This document shows, piece after piece, positions 44,988 through 53,112 of a DNA stretch of 64,000 nucleotides. Below the pieces are notes generated by a model, which saw nothing but the letters and a program-made list of their open reading frames with translations, had not been told where the DNA came from and did not search any database. Positions within the stretch are counted from its first letter, which is position 1. Every line of letters starts with the position of its first letter. The position numbers and the translations under genes were made by a program. Source of the stretch: Dehalococcoidia bacterium (GTDB lineage: Bacteria; Chloroflexota; Dehalococcoidia; Lucifugimonadales; CATOSD01). The stretch is taken from NCBI GenBank assembly GCA_963667445.2, contig CAXXGY010000003.1:7183-71182 (forward strand), read 5' to 3'.

Positions 44988-45614
44988 ATGCTCTATATGC
45001 GCATCGGACTTCTCGCCGACACCCACCTGCCCGGGCGAATCCGCACCCTCGACGAGCTTGGGCCGGAACCCGCCCGCTTCTTCTCCACCGTCGACCTCAT
45101 TCTGCACGCGGGCGACCTCACCTCCCCCATCGTGCTGGACTGGCTCGAGCAGTTCGCCCCCGTGCTCTGCGCCACCGGCAACAACGACCCTATCCCCGAC
45201 CCGCGCATCCAGGACGTTCAGACCCTGGAGGTGCACGGCTGGCGCATCGGCATGGTGCACAGCCTCGACCGGCAGTTCCGCCCGATGGCCGAGCTACAGC
45301 GCCACTTCCCCGCGCCGGTGGACGTGATGATCGCGGGCCACACCCACATGGAGGCGCTGGAGTACCGCGAAGGAGTGGTGCTTATCAACACCGGCAGCAT
45401 TACCTTCCCCCGTCACAAGGAGCTGCGCCTCGGCGGAGTGGGCCTGCTGGAACTCGCCCCCGACCACCTCAAGGCCCGCGTCTGGCCCCTCGGCGAAACA
45501 CCCGGCAGCCCCAACCCCTGCCGCGACCTCTCCCTGGAGCTGCGCAACGGCAATCTGGTCAGCAGCCGCGACGGCGCGGTATCGTATCCCGCGGCGGCCG
45601 ACGGCCTGGACTAG
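44988..45614 (+). CDS. YfcE-like metallophosphoesterase
   Basis: MRIGLLADTHLP, HAGD, GNND and AGHTH motifs. The start is ATG 44988 or 44997. Confidence 0.8.
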   Translation: MLYMRIGLLADTHLPGRIRTLDELGPEPARFFSTVDLILHAGDLTSPIVLDWLEQFAPVLCATGNNDPIPDPRIQDVQTLEVHGWRIGMVHSLDRQFRPMAELQRHFPAPVDVMIAGHTHMEALEYREGVVLINTGSITFPRHKELRLGGVGLLELAPDHLKARVWPLGETPGSPNPCRDLSLELRNGNLVSSRDGAVSYPAAADGLD

Positions 45615-45619
45615 GGCGT

Positions 45620-46192
45620 GTGACCCGGGCAATACCCCGCCCGCTCATGTGGCTGGTGGGATTCATAGCGCTGCTGTGGGTCCTCGCCTTCATCGACATC
45701 ATACCCGGCATGGACTTGGCCCGGTTCGGAGTCGTGCCCCGCGACCGCGACGGCCTGCTCGGCATCCCGTTTCATGCGTTCATTCACACGGGATTCGCGC
45801 ACCTGCTCTCGAACACGGTCCCGCTGCTGATACTGGGCGGCCTGACGGCCATGCGGGGAACGCGATTCCTGGTCTTCTGCACGGTCTTTATCGTCCTCTT
45901 CTCAGGCGTCGGCGTCTGGCTGCTGGGCAGGTCCGCGACGCATATAGGCGCGAGCGGGCTGGTGTTCGGCTACTTCGGCTGCCTCGTCGCTCTGGGCTTC
46001 TTCGAACGCGGCTGCGTGTCCTTCATCGTCGCGGTAGCGGTAGCGGCCGTGTACGGATTTGGCATCATGTCCGGCCTGCTTCCACTGAACGCATACGTCT
46101 CGTGGGAGGGGCACCTGTTCGGCCTCATCGGCGGAATTCTCTTCGCGTGGTTTATCAATCCAGGCGGCCGTGAGAAACCCGATGGGCGGTGA
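45620..46192 (+). CDS. Rhomboid family intramembrane serine protease
   Basis: 190 aa with 6 hydrophobic segments. HLLSN, GASGLVFGYFG (catalytic Ser) and a downstream His in EGHLFG. Confidence 0.8.
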   Translation: MTRAIPRPLMWLVGFIALLWVLAFIDIIPGMDLARFGVVPRDRDGLLGIPFHAFIHTGFAHLLSNTVPLLILGGLTAMRGTRFLVFCTVFIVLFSGVGVWLLGRSATHIGASGLVFGYFGCLVALGFFERGCVSFIVAVAVAAVYGFGIMSGLLPLNAYVSWEGHLFGLIGGILFAWFINPGGREKPDGR

Positions 46193-46386
46193 TTCGGCGC
46201 CACCTGATCACTTCCGTCGCCGTGCGCCGAACTCGCCGTGTCGAGTGATCCGTCATACCAAATTGGTCCAGGCCGGTACGGCCGACCACGATCCGGCCAA
46301 GTTGCGCCCCGCACGCGGTCGGACTTATACTGGCGCGGGATTTTCCCTGGTGCGGCCCCCGCGCTCAGACTGCCGCAAAGGCGTTC

Positions 46387-47709
46387 ATGTTTAGAATCTC
46401 TACGTTCTCCTCCTTCCAATACAGGGACTTCCGCTTCCTGTGGGGGAGCATGGTCTTCTCAAGCTCCGGCCAGTGGATGGAGCAGGTCGCTCTTAGCTGG
46501 CTCGTCTGGGAGCTCACCGGAGACCCGCTCATGCTGGGCCTCATCAACGGCGCGCGGGCCATACCCTTCCTGCTCAGCCCCCTGGGAGGAGTCGCGGCGG
46601 ACCGCATCGACCGAAAGCTGCTGATGCTGCTGACCCAGGTCGCGGTCATGCTGCTGTCCGCCGCGATGGCGCTGCTGCTCTTCCTGGACGTCATCCAGCT
46701 CTGGATGGTGTTCGCCTTCACGATGGTCTCCGGCCTCACCTGGGCCTTCAACCAGCCGGTGCGCCAGGCCATCGTGCCCAACCTGGTGCCGCGCCACGAG
46801 ATAACCAACGCCGTCGCGCTCACATCCAGCGCCTTCAACCTGACCCGCCTGGTGGGGCCGATAGCCGCCGGATTCATCATCGCCGGCGTGGGAGCGGAGG
46901 GCGCGTTCGCGGGCAAGGCCCTCGCCTACGTCGGCGTCATCGGCATGATCGTCTTCATGCGGGTGCCGCCCATACAGCGCCGCGCCCGCCGCGAGAGCAT
47001 CCTCCGCAGCATGATGGGCGGCTTCGAGTACGTCAAGGGCAACCCCACCGTGCTCGCGCTGCTGGTGCTGGCGCTCATCCCCATGCTGGTGTCCATGCCC
47101 TACATGATGGCCTTCATGCCCGTGTTCGCCGACGAGGTGTACGGCATAGGGCCGGAGGGCATGGGGATGCTCTACACCTTCGCCGGCATCGGCTCGCTGG
47201 CGGGGACGTTCACGGTGGCCTCGCTGGGACGCAGCAAGCGCAAGGGCCTGCTGCTGCTGCTCAGCGGCGTGGCCATGGGCATAACGCTGATGCTGTTCGG
47301 CTGGTCGCGCCAGCTATGGCTCACCCTGCTGATACTGGTGGCTGCCGGATTCCCGCAGATGTTCACCATGTCGATGACCCAGACGCTGCTCCAGATGAGC
47401 GTACCGGACGAGTACCGGGGCCGCGTGATGAGCATCTACATGCTGGACCGCGCGCTGGCCCCGCTGGGCGCGGGTTTCGCGGGGGCGCTGGGACGCCTTT
47501 ACACTGCCCCCGGCGCGGTGATGATAGGCGGCGCGATGACCGTCGCGCTCAGCCTGCTCGCGCTGGCCTTCCTGCCGCGCATCCGCAACTGGCGCGACGA
47601 GGACGCGGTCGCCTACGCCGCGCCCGGCGTCGGCTCGCGCCGCCGCCCGGCAGAGCCTGCCGACGCGGAACGCCCCGCGCCCGCTACAAGAGAGTCCCCT
47701 CTCCCTTGA
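46387..47709 (+). CDS. MFS transporter (paralogue of 6322-7650)
   Basis: 440 aa. GGVAADRIDRK loop and 12 hydrophobic segments. The last residues ESPLP and the TGA stop lie inside a REP-V hairpin. Confidence 0.8.
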   Translation: MFRISTFSSFQYRDFRFLWGSMVFSSSGQWMEQVALSWLVWELTGDPLMLGLINGARAIPFLLSPLGGVAADRIDRKLLMLLTQVAVMLLSAAMALLLFLDVIQLWMVFAFTMVSGLTWAFNQPVRQAIVPNLVPRHEITNAVALTSSAFNLTRLVGPIAAGFIIAGVGAEGAFAGKALAYVGVIGMIVFMRVPPIQRRARRESILRSMMGGFEYVKGNPTVLALLVLALIPMLVSMPYMMAFMPVFADEVYGIGPEGMGMLYTFAGIGSLAGTFTVASLGRSKRKGLLLLLSGVAMGITLMLFGWSRQLWLTLLILVAAGFPQMFTMSMTQTLLQMSVPDEYRGRVMSIYMLDRALAPLGAGFAGALGRLYTAPGAVMIGGAMTVALSLLALAFLPRIRNWRDEDAVAYAAPGVGSRRRPAEPADAERPAPATRESPLP

Positions 47710-47719
47710 GGGAGAGGGT
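47694..47719 (+). repeat. REP-V hairpin
   Basis: GTCCCCTCTCCCTTGAGGGAGAGGGT. Confidence 0.8.
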
Positions 47720-47765
47720 AGAAAGTCTCTTCCCCCTCGGCATTGTAGGGGCGGGTTTCCACAAA

Positions 47766-47829
47766 ATCCCTTCCCCCTTGATGGGGGAAGGTTAGAGCCT
47801 GCCCCGTACTCGATACGGGGATGGGGGTG
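47766..47829 (+). repeat. REP-A composite
   Basis: ATCCCTTCCCCCTTGATGGGGGAAGGTTAGAGCCTGCCCCGTACTCGATACGGGGATGGGGGTG. Confidence 0.9.
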
Positions 47830-47844
47830 AAAGAGGCCCGCCCC

Positions 47845-48660
47845 CTACGCCGTAACCAGCGGATACTTGGACACGTCCACGCCCGCCTCGGTCAGCATGT
47901 CCAGGTCGTACAGGATCCGCCCGGTGCACTCCCTCGGTTCCTGGACGCAGATGAGCACCGCAGCGTCGCCCATGCTGATGCCGTCCTCCATCGCGCCGAT
48001 GTAGTTGCGCGTGTCGCCCCGGAACCACCGCTGCCCCTCCGACGCGATGCTCTTGTTCGGCGACAGCGCGTTCACCGCGATGCCGTCGTCCCACAACTCC
48101 TGGGCCAGCCCCTGCGTGAACCGCTCCAAGTGCGCCTTGCCGGAGCCGTAGGCGATTCCCCCGCCGCCGCCGGACTCGTAGGGGCCGGGGCCCGGGAAGA
48201 TGGCGCCCACCGACGATATGTTGATGATGTGTCCGCCGCCCTGCTGCCGCATATGCGGAATCGCGTACTTGCAGCCCAGGAACGGCCCCTTGATGTTCAC
48301 GCGGTACAGCAGGTCCCAGTGTCGCACCTGCATATCCTCCACCTTGCCGGGAATGAGGATGGCCGCGTTGTTCACCAGGATGTCCACCCGTCCCAGCCGC
48401 TCCACGGTGCCGTCCAGCAGCGCCTTGACCTGCTCGTCGTCGCTCACGTCGCAGGTGATGCCGATGGCGCTGCCGCCCTCGTCCTGTATGCGCGTGACCG
48501 TGGTGTTGACGCTGCCGGAGATGCGGAAGTCGCCCTCGTTCTCGGTGCGCGCCGACACCACCACCTGCGCGCCCTCCCTGGCGAGCACCAGGGCGATGTC
48601 CCGCCCGATGCCGCGGCTCGCGCCGGTTACCACCGCAACCTTGCCGTCCAGTTGGCCCAT
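47845..48660 (-). CDS. Short-chain dehydrogenase/reductase
   Basis: 271 aa from ATG 48658-48660. [14 protein letters not shown] and the YGSGK active-site context. Confidence 0.85.
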   Translation of the reverse strand: MGQLDGKVAVVTGASRGIGRDIALVLAREGAQVVVSARTENEGDFRISGSVNTTVTRIQDEGGSAIGITCDVSDDEQVKALLDGTVERLGRVDILVNNAAILIPGKVEDMQVRHWDLLYRVNIKGPFLGCKYAIPHMRQQGGGHIINISSVGAIFPGPGPYESGGGGGIAYGSGKAHLERFTQGLAQELWDDGIAVNALSPNKSIASEGQRWFRGDTRNYIGAMEDGISMGDAAVLICVQEPRECTGRILYDLDMLTEAGVDVSKYPLVTA

Positions 48661-48789
48661 AATTCGCTCCTTTGGGTGAGTATGAGTATGGCCAAGAGTA
48701 TGTGGCCACTTCGCACGTTGCGTCAAGTGCGGGGCGCTCGCCGGCGCGTAGGGGGAAGGGACTTTGAAAAGGCCCTGGAGCGAGGAAAT

Positions 48790-49050
48790 CGCTAAAAGTG
48801 CCCCAAACTGCACCGTTTTGCTCATTTCGTAGCTGGGAGAGGTGACACTTGGGGCGGTTGGGTGTCCCAGTCTGTGCGATTTTATGGGGCAGTTTGGTGA
48901 AAATGGCGCAGACTGGGGCGGCGGCGGGCGGGACCGGACGGGGCCCCGCATCAGGTGCGAGGCAGGCGGTCCGTGGTGGGCTGTAGGTTGTGTAGGTGCG
49001 TTATGAAGAGACGGTAGCACGGATGTGCGGGCGAGGTCAATAGCCATGGC
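48790..49050. repeat. Copy 1 of a dispersed repeat of about 230-260 bp (copy 2 at 62130-62392)
   Basis: Shared anchors TAGCTGGGAG (48830 / 62190) and GTGCGTYATG...TAGCACGGATGTGCG...TCAA (48997-49040 / 62334-62377), with similar spacing (185 vs 162 bp). Confidence 0.5.
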
Positions 49051-49064
49051 GAAGGAAGGGCGTT

Positions 49065-49153
49065 CACCCCCATCCCCGTATCGGGTACGGGGCAGGCTCT
49101 AACCCGTTCGGCAAGCTCAGGGCAGGCTCTTCCCCCTGCGAGGGGGAAGGGAC
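49065..49153 (-). repeat. REP-A composite with all modules, reverse orientation
   Basis: CACCCCCATCCCCGTATCGGGTACGGGGCAGGCTCTAACCCGTTCGGCAAGCTCAGGGCAGGCTCTTCCCCCTGCGAGGGGGAAGGGAC. Confidence 0.9.
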
Positions 49154-49279
49154 TTTGAAGCGGTGGGACGAAACAGGTATGGATTAGGCCACCTACAGGG
49201 CAGTTGCGGGGGGCCGCATGGCAGTGGTGGTGACTCGATGGCGCGGTTTTGGGGCGGAATTTCGGGGGTCGGGATATTC

Positions 49280-49414
49280 GTGTGGTATCATTGCGCCGAC
49301 GAACCTTGCCCAGGATGGCGGGCGTGGACATTCGGTGGGGACCTTCGCTATCTTCATAGGGCCGGGTGTCGTGCTGGCGTAGGCTCGCTTGCGGGGGCAA
49401 CGCGGAATGAGTAG
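49280..49414 (+). CDS. Small Cys/His-rich ORF (44 aa), paralogue of 50306-50476
   Basis: (V)WYHCADEPCPGWRAWTFGGDLRYLHRAGCRAGVGSLAGATRNE. 21 of the first 27 codons are conserved with the second copy, and 7 differences are purely synonymous. It ends 18 nt before the next gene. Confidence 0.45.
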   Translation: MWYHCADEPCPGWRAWTFGGDLRYLHRAGCRAGVGSLAGATRNE

Positions 49415-49432
49415 CGGAGAGGCTTTTCTCTG

Positions 49433-49807
49433 ATGCAGACCGAACGAAAAAAGCTCCACAGGCACGACGAATCGGAGCGCGACTCGCTTCCCAGGCCCGA
49501 AAACCCGATGGGGGTTGACGAGGCGGTTGAGATGTTCGTGGAGAAGGTTAGCCGCATCGAGTACGTGGACGAGATCCGGTGCCTTAAACGCGGCCATCTC
49601 CATGAAGTCTGGACCATATTCGCTGCGCCGCGGGGGCAGTATGAGCTAGAACTCCCGATAATCAGGATTGAAAACGAGTTGCTTGAGAGATTGGACGAAC
49701 CGCTGCTGGACTTCAGAGCCGTTAACACAAACGAGGTGAGTTACATCGACCCGTCGGCCATAGCACAAGGCAGCGCGCTGCTTTGGAAGAAGCAAGATGC
49801 CGAGTGA
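49433..49807 (+). CDS. Hypothetical protein, putative antitoxin partner of the HEPN-like gene
   Basis: 124 aa. Its 3' end overlaps the next ORF by 11 nt. I recognise no catalytic nucleotidyltransferase motif. Confidence 0.5.
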   Translation: MQTERKKLHRHDESERDSLPRPENPMGVDEAVEMFVEKVSRIEYVDEIRCLKRGHLHEVWTIFAAPRGQYELELPIIRIENELLERLDEPLLDFRAVNTNEVSYIDPSAIAQGSALLWKKQDAE

Positions 49808-50177
49808 AGCGCAACACCTTGCCAAAGCTCTACACAACGAACGTTTCTGTCTCGCAGTTGTTGACGGACTGGAGCCGTCGTTCGGGCAATTCTATGATTG
49901 GGCCATCACCGGAATGTTCTACTCAGCGTTGCACTACATCGACGCGTACTTAGACCGTAGTCTGGCAACACATCCGGAGACTCATGCCGACCGAAGGAGA
50001 ATAATCGCGCGGATTCGCCAGTTGCGTCCGATACGAGAGCAGTACACCCTTCTGAGCCGTCGTAGTCAGTCGGCGCGGTACGGACCGGTGAGCTTTGCCG
50101 GTTCCGACGTCCAAAACCTGCGTGACAACTACTTCATCCCGCTAAGGAATCGCCTGCGCGCCCTGCTGGCCGTCTAA
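49797..50177 (+). CDS. HEPN-like four-helix protein (putative toxin)
   Basis: 126 aa, all-helical pattern. RSLATH fits the Rx4H HEPN motif, and a second conserved R...ARY segment is present. Confidence 0.45.
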   Translation: MPSEAQHLAKALHNERFCLAVVDGLEPSFGQFYDWAITGMFYSALHYIDAYLDRSLATHPETHADRRRIIARIRQLRPIREQYTLLSRRSQSARYGPVSFAGSDVQNLRDNYFIPLRNRLRALLAV

Positions 50178-50305
50178 CGGCCATTCCTGCCGAGCTGCCC
50201 ACCCCACCCGCACACCATCCCCCTCCCGCGCCTTGCCCTCGTCTCGCCATGCCGTTACCGTAAAGCGGTCTGCGTATTTCTCCGGCTCACCCGTATGTCA
50301 CACCC

Positions 50306-50476
50306 ATGTGGTACCATTGCGCCGATAAACCTTGTCCCGGAGGGCAGATGTGGACATTCGGCAGAGACCTTCGCTACTTTCATCGGGTCGTGCCCGGGCT
50401 GGCGCTGGCGCAGGTCGGCGCCCGAACGACGCGACGCCCGCCACTGACAAGGACGCGTCCGAGCGTGAAGAAATGA
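50306..50476 (+). CDS. Small Cys/His-rich ORF (56 aa), paralogue of 49280-49414
   Basis: MWYHCADKPCPGGQMWTFGRDLRYFHRVVPGLALAQVGARTTRRPPLTRTRPSVKK. Its TGA stop overlaps the ATG of the next gene (ATGA). Confidence 0.45.
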   Translation: MWYHCADKPCPGGQMWTFGRDLRYFHRVVPGLALAQVGARTTRRPPLTRTRPSVKK

Positions 50477-50673
50477 TGTCCGAACTCCTGGCTGCCTTAT
50501 CCTCGCCTGAGACGCGCAACGAAGCGTGGATTGCGATGGCTCGCCTGCCAATCGAGGACAGACGTCGAATTATGCGCCACGCTGTCATAGAGGTGGACGA
50601 AGAAGAGACGGCGTTGTGGGACACGCTGCCTTGGCCCGACGAGGATACCTACGTGCGAGGGGAATCGTCATGA
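50473..50673 (+). CDS. Putative antitoxin of the MazF-like toxin
   Basis: 66 aa, acidic C-terminus. The stop overlaps the MazF-like start (ATGA at 50670-50673). Confidence 0.55.
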   Translation: MMSELLAALSSPETRNEAWIAMARLPIEDRRRIMRHAVIEVDEEETALWDTLPWPDEDTYVRGESS

Positions 50674-51038
50674 GCGTGGAAATGCCCACGCGCGGCGAAT
50701 TGTGGATAGTGCGTCTGCCGCGCGGCATAGGCGTAGAGGCGCAGCGCGACCGACCGTGCGTCGTAATCAGTTCGACCGACTACGACTCTCATCCAATTCG
50801 AGTCATCATGCCGCTATCCACTTGGAGACCTGAATTCGAAGGACGGGCTAACAAACTACATATTGGAGCAGGCGCACAGAGCGGTCTTCACAACGACTCT
50901 GCGGCAGACTTTCTTCAGATACGCAGCGTTTCCACCGGGCGCTTTCTGGAGCGCATTGGCGCGATAGACTCCCGCCTCGTAGATGGCATTGTTTCTGGCG
51001 TCGCTCTAGCCATAGGCTACGTGCCCGCACAGTATTGA
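50670..51038 (+). CDS. mazF: MazF/PemK family endoribonuclease toxin
   Basis: 122 aa. RGELWIVRLPRGIGVEAQRDRPCVVISSTDY ... VIMPLST follows the MazF/PemK N-terminal consensus. Confidence 0.75.
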   Translation: MSVEMPTRGELWIVRLPRGIGVEAQRDRPCVVISSTDYDSHPIRVIMPLSTWRPEFEGRANKLHIGAGAQSGLHNDSAADFLQIRSVSTGRFLERIGAIDSRLVDGIVSGVALAIGYVPAQY

Positions 51039-51071
51039 GCGGGACTATTCAGCCCCCACGCCCCCTCCCCT

Positions 51072-51212
51072 GCCCTCGTTCTCGGTGCGCGCCGACACCA
51101 CCACCTGCGCGCCCTCCCTGGCGAACACCAGGGCGATGTCCCGCCCGATGCCCCGGCTTGCGCCCGTAACCACCGCAACCTTGCCGTCCAGTTGGCCTAT
51201 AATTCGCTCCTT
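51072..51212 (-). pseudogene. Displaced 5' fragment (RBS + first 43 codons) of the SDR gene; right-hand direct repeat of the islet
   Basis: 135/141 identical to 48532-48672. The start codon is mutated from ATG to ATA, and the frame is not continued past codon 43. Confidence 0.85.
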
Positions 51213-51254
51213 GTCAACCACCTTCAACCATGAGGACCCCCACACTCCTGCGAC

Positions 51255-52016
51255 TCACCAGGGTAGATCGTCGTCGTCATCCCGACCAGCCTGAAACGTG
51301 AGGACACGCCTGTACTTCCTATAGCAATCTAAGCACACAGGCTTCGCCATCGTCGCCTTGTGCTCCTTGCCGCAAGTGTGACAGTGTTTTTCCTCGTAGT
51401 CTTTGTTCTCGTACCGCTTCCAACTTCGGAAGCAACGATTGCAGTAGGGTTGAAGTGGGTTGGCTGGCAGTTCGTTTCTGCAACGAACGCAGAAGGCAGC
51501 GGATGGCTTCTCAACTTTGGCTTGAGACCTGACATTCCGCCTGGGCACCGGGCTCTCGCGGTCACCTGCGGGCGCCGCAACCCTTGCCACCGTCACTCGT
51601 ATCTGTTCGCTATTGTCCACAAGCCTCTTTGCTTCTTCGAAGATCTTCCGGTAAAGGTCTTCGTCCTTGGATACGAGTACGCCCATCTCATCGTTGTTTT
51701 TCTCTGAGAACTCGTATAGGTTCATCGACGTCAGAAGCGCCTGCGCTTCGTTCAAATAGCACTTGGCGTGAAGATTCTGGCGAAAACTGGTCTTGATCTT
51801 GGGCAACTCTTCAAGCCATTTCATTTCTTCCGGCTGAAGTTCGCTCTTGCCGTAGATTACCCTGATGTCAACGGACGCCTTCTTATCCTCCAGCAGTTCC
51901 TTTAGACGACTGTTGACTTTGAGATACGGGCTAATGAGCCAGAGACGTTCCTCGGCATTCTTGATTATCTCTTCAAGATGATGTGAGATGCCTGTCGTGG
52001 TGTAGAAATCTGCCAT
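51255..52016 (-). CDS. Phospholipase D-family (single HKD) nuclease-like protein with a C-terminal double CxxC zinc-ribbon tail
   Basis: 253 aa. NLHAKCYLNE is the HxK(x)4N/D motif, followed by TSMNLYEFS. The tail is CVRCRN...CNRCF...CHTCG...CLDCY. GC is much lower than in the backbone. Confidence 0.7.
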   Translation of the reverse strand: MADFYTTTGISHHLEEIIKNAEERLWLISPYLKVNSRLKELLEDKKASVDIRVIYGKSELQPEEMKWLEELPKIKTSFRQNLHAKCYLNEAQALLTSMNLYEFSEKNNDEMGVLVSKDEDLYRKIFEEAKRLVDNSEQIRVTVARVAAPAGDRESPVPRRNVRSQAKVEKPSAAFCVRCRNELPANPLQPYCNRCFRSWKRYENKDYEEKHCHTCGKEHKATMAKPVCLDCYRKYRRVLTFQAGRDDDDDLPW

Positions 52017-53007
52017 ATGTTTTCCCTTTCATTCGCGGAAGTAACCTACCGATTGCGCGAAAGTATAGCATAGCCCCGGTCCGGATTAGAAAGGCCTGCT
52101 GTGTATGGTGGCGAGAAACACCCGGAAGTCAGCGCCTTCCACCCTCGAACACAGTGGCGGGCTTCCGGCAATCACCGGAAAACGAGTGTTTCTGGTCGAT
52201 AAGGGATCCAGCCCGTATCACCTTAGTCGGCGCCCCACAAGGAACGGGCGTCTCCTGTGAACGCCTTGGGCAAGATGATCGACACAGGTGACCACAGAGG
52301 ATTGTCCTCAAATTCGTGTAGCCGACCAAGCAAATGAGGAACCCCTATCGAACCTGTATCAGATTGTATTGTTAGGAGCGATCCTTTTTCCGTCTTTCCC
52401 GCGAAAGCGAGAGAAACCCAACGCGACACCACCTAACACGGCAGTTGGCCCCTGCCATCGCCCGTTCGCGACTCCGCTCGGTAGTCTCTCGCCCGTCCCG
52501 CAAAAGGACAGTTGACCGAGACGCAAAGCCGTCCCCGACCCGTACCGCGCACACCGCTGGCCTGCGCGGAGTTTCCGGTCGAGGTTCCGCATCAACCTGC
52601 CGACCGCGTTCCGGCCCAAACAAGCGGCAGCAGGCCGGGAAGTGCTGCGCGGCCTGTCTTTCGTGGCCGCCGCGCAAGACAGCCCCGGCTCTGCGCTCCA
52701 CATAGCCCCCGCTTCCTCCGTTAACAACCGAATACACCAACCGACGACCAAGCCCGCCAAAGCCGCAACCCGAAACAACTCGTCCCGTCTCGGTCTGAAT
52801 ACGGCTCGAATCAGTCCCGCCGCCACCGGAACTGTCACACGCAACATGCCCCAACCGCCCGCATCCAACTAGCGGACGGGCGAGAGAGTGACAAAACAAA
52901 CGGAATGAGACAGTTTTCGGGCACTTTCGTCCCGCACGCACGTAGAGGCAATCCCTTGTGGTTGCACCAGTTGGTCATCATGCGCTTCGTACTCTCGATC
53001 CACGAAC

Positions 53008-53112
53008 CCGTGTCAGTTTGCTAGGTGACTTTCCTCCAAGTCCTCCGCCCCGCTGGATTCCCGATTGCTCGGGAATGACGATTCCGGAGTGCGCCTAGCA
53101 AATTGACACAGG
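53008..53112. mobile_element. MITE-like element with 18-19 bp terminal inverted repeats
   Basis: CCGTGTCAGTTTGCTAGG (53008-53025) and CCTAGCAAATTGACACAGG (53094-53112) flank an ATTCCCG/CGGGAAT hairpin. The IR resembles CCTGTGTCAGTTTACTAACC at the left boundary of the IS at 62.39 kb. Confidence 0.5.

Noticed and set aside
48673-48710. Short GAGTATG x3 repeat just upstream of the SDR gene.
   Set aside because: It is only three short units, with no similar sequence elsewhere in the window, so it is likely incidental.
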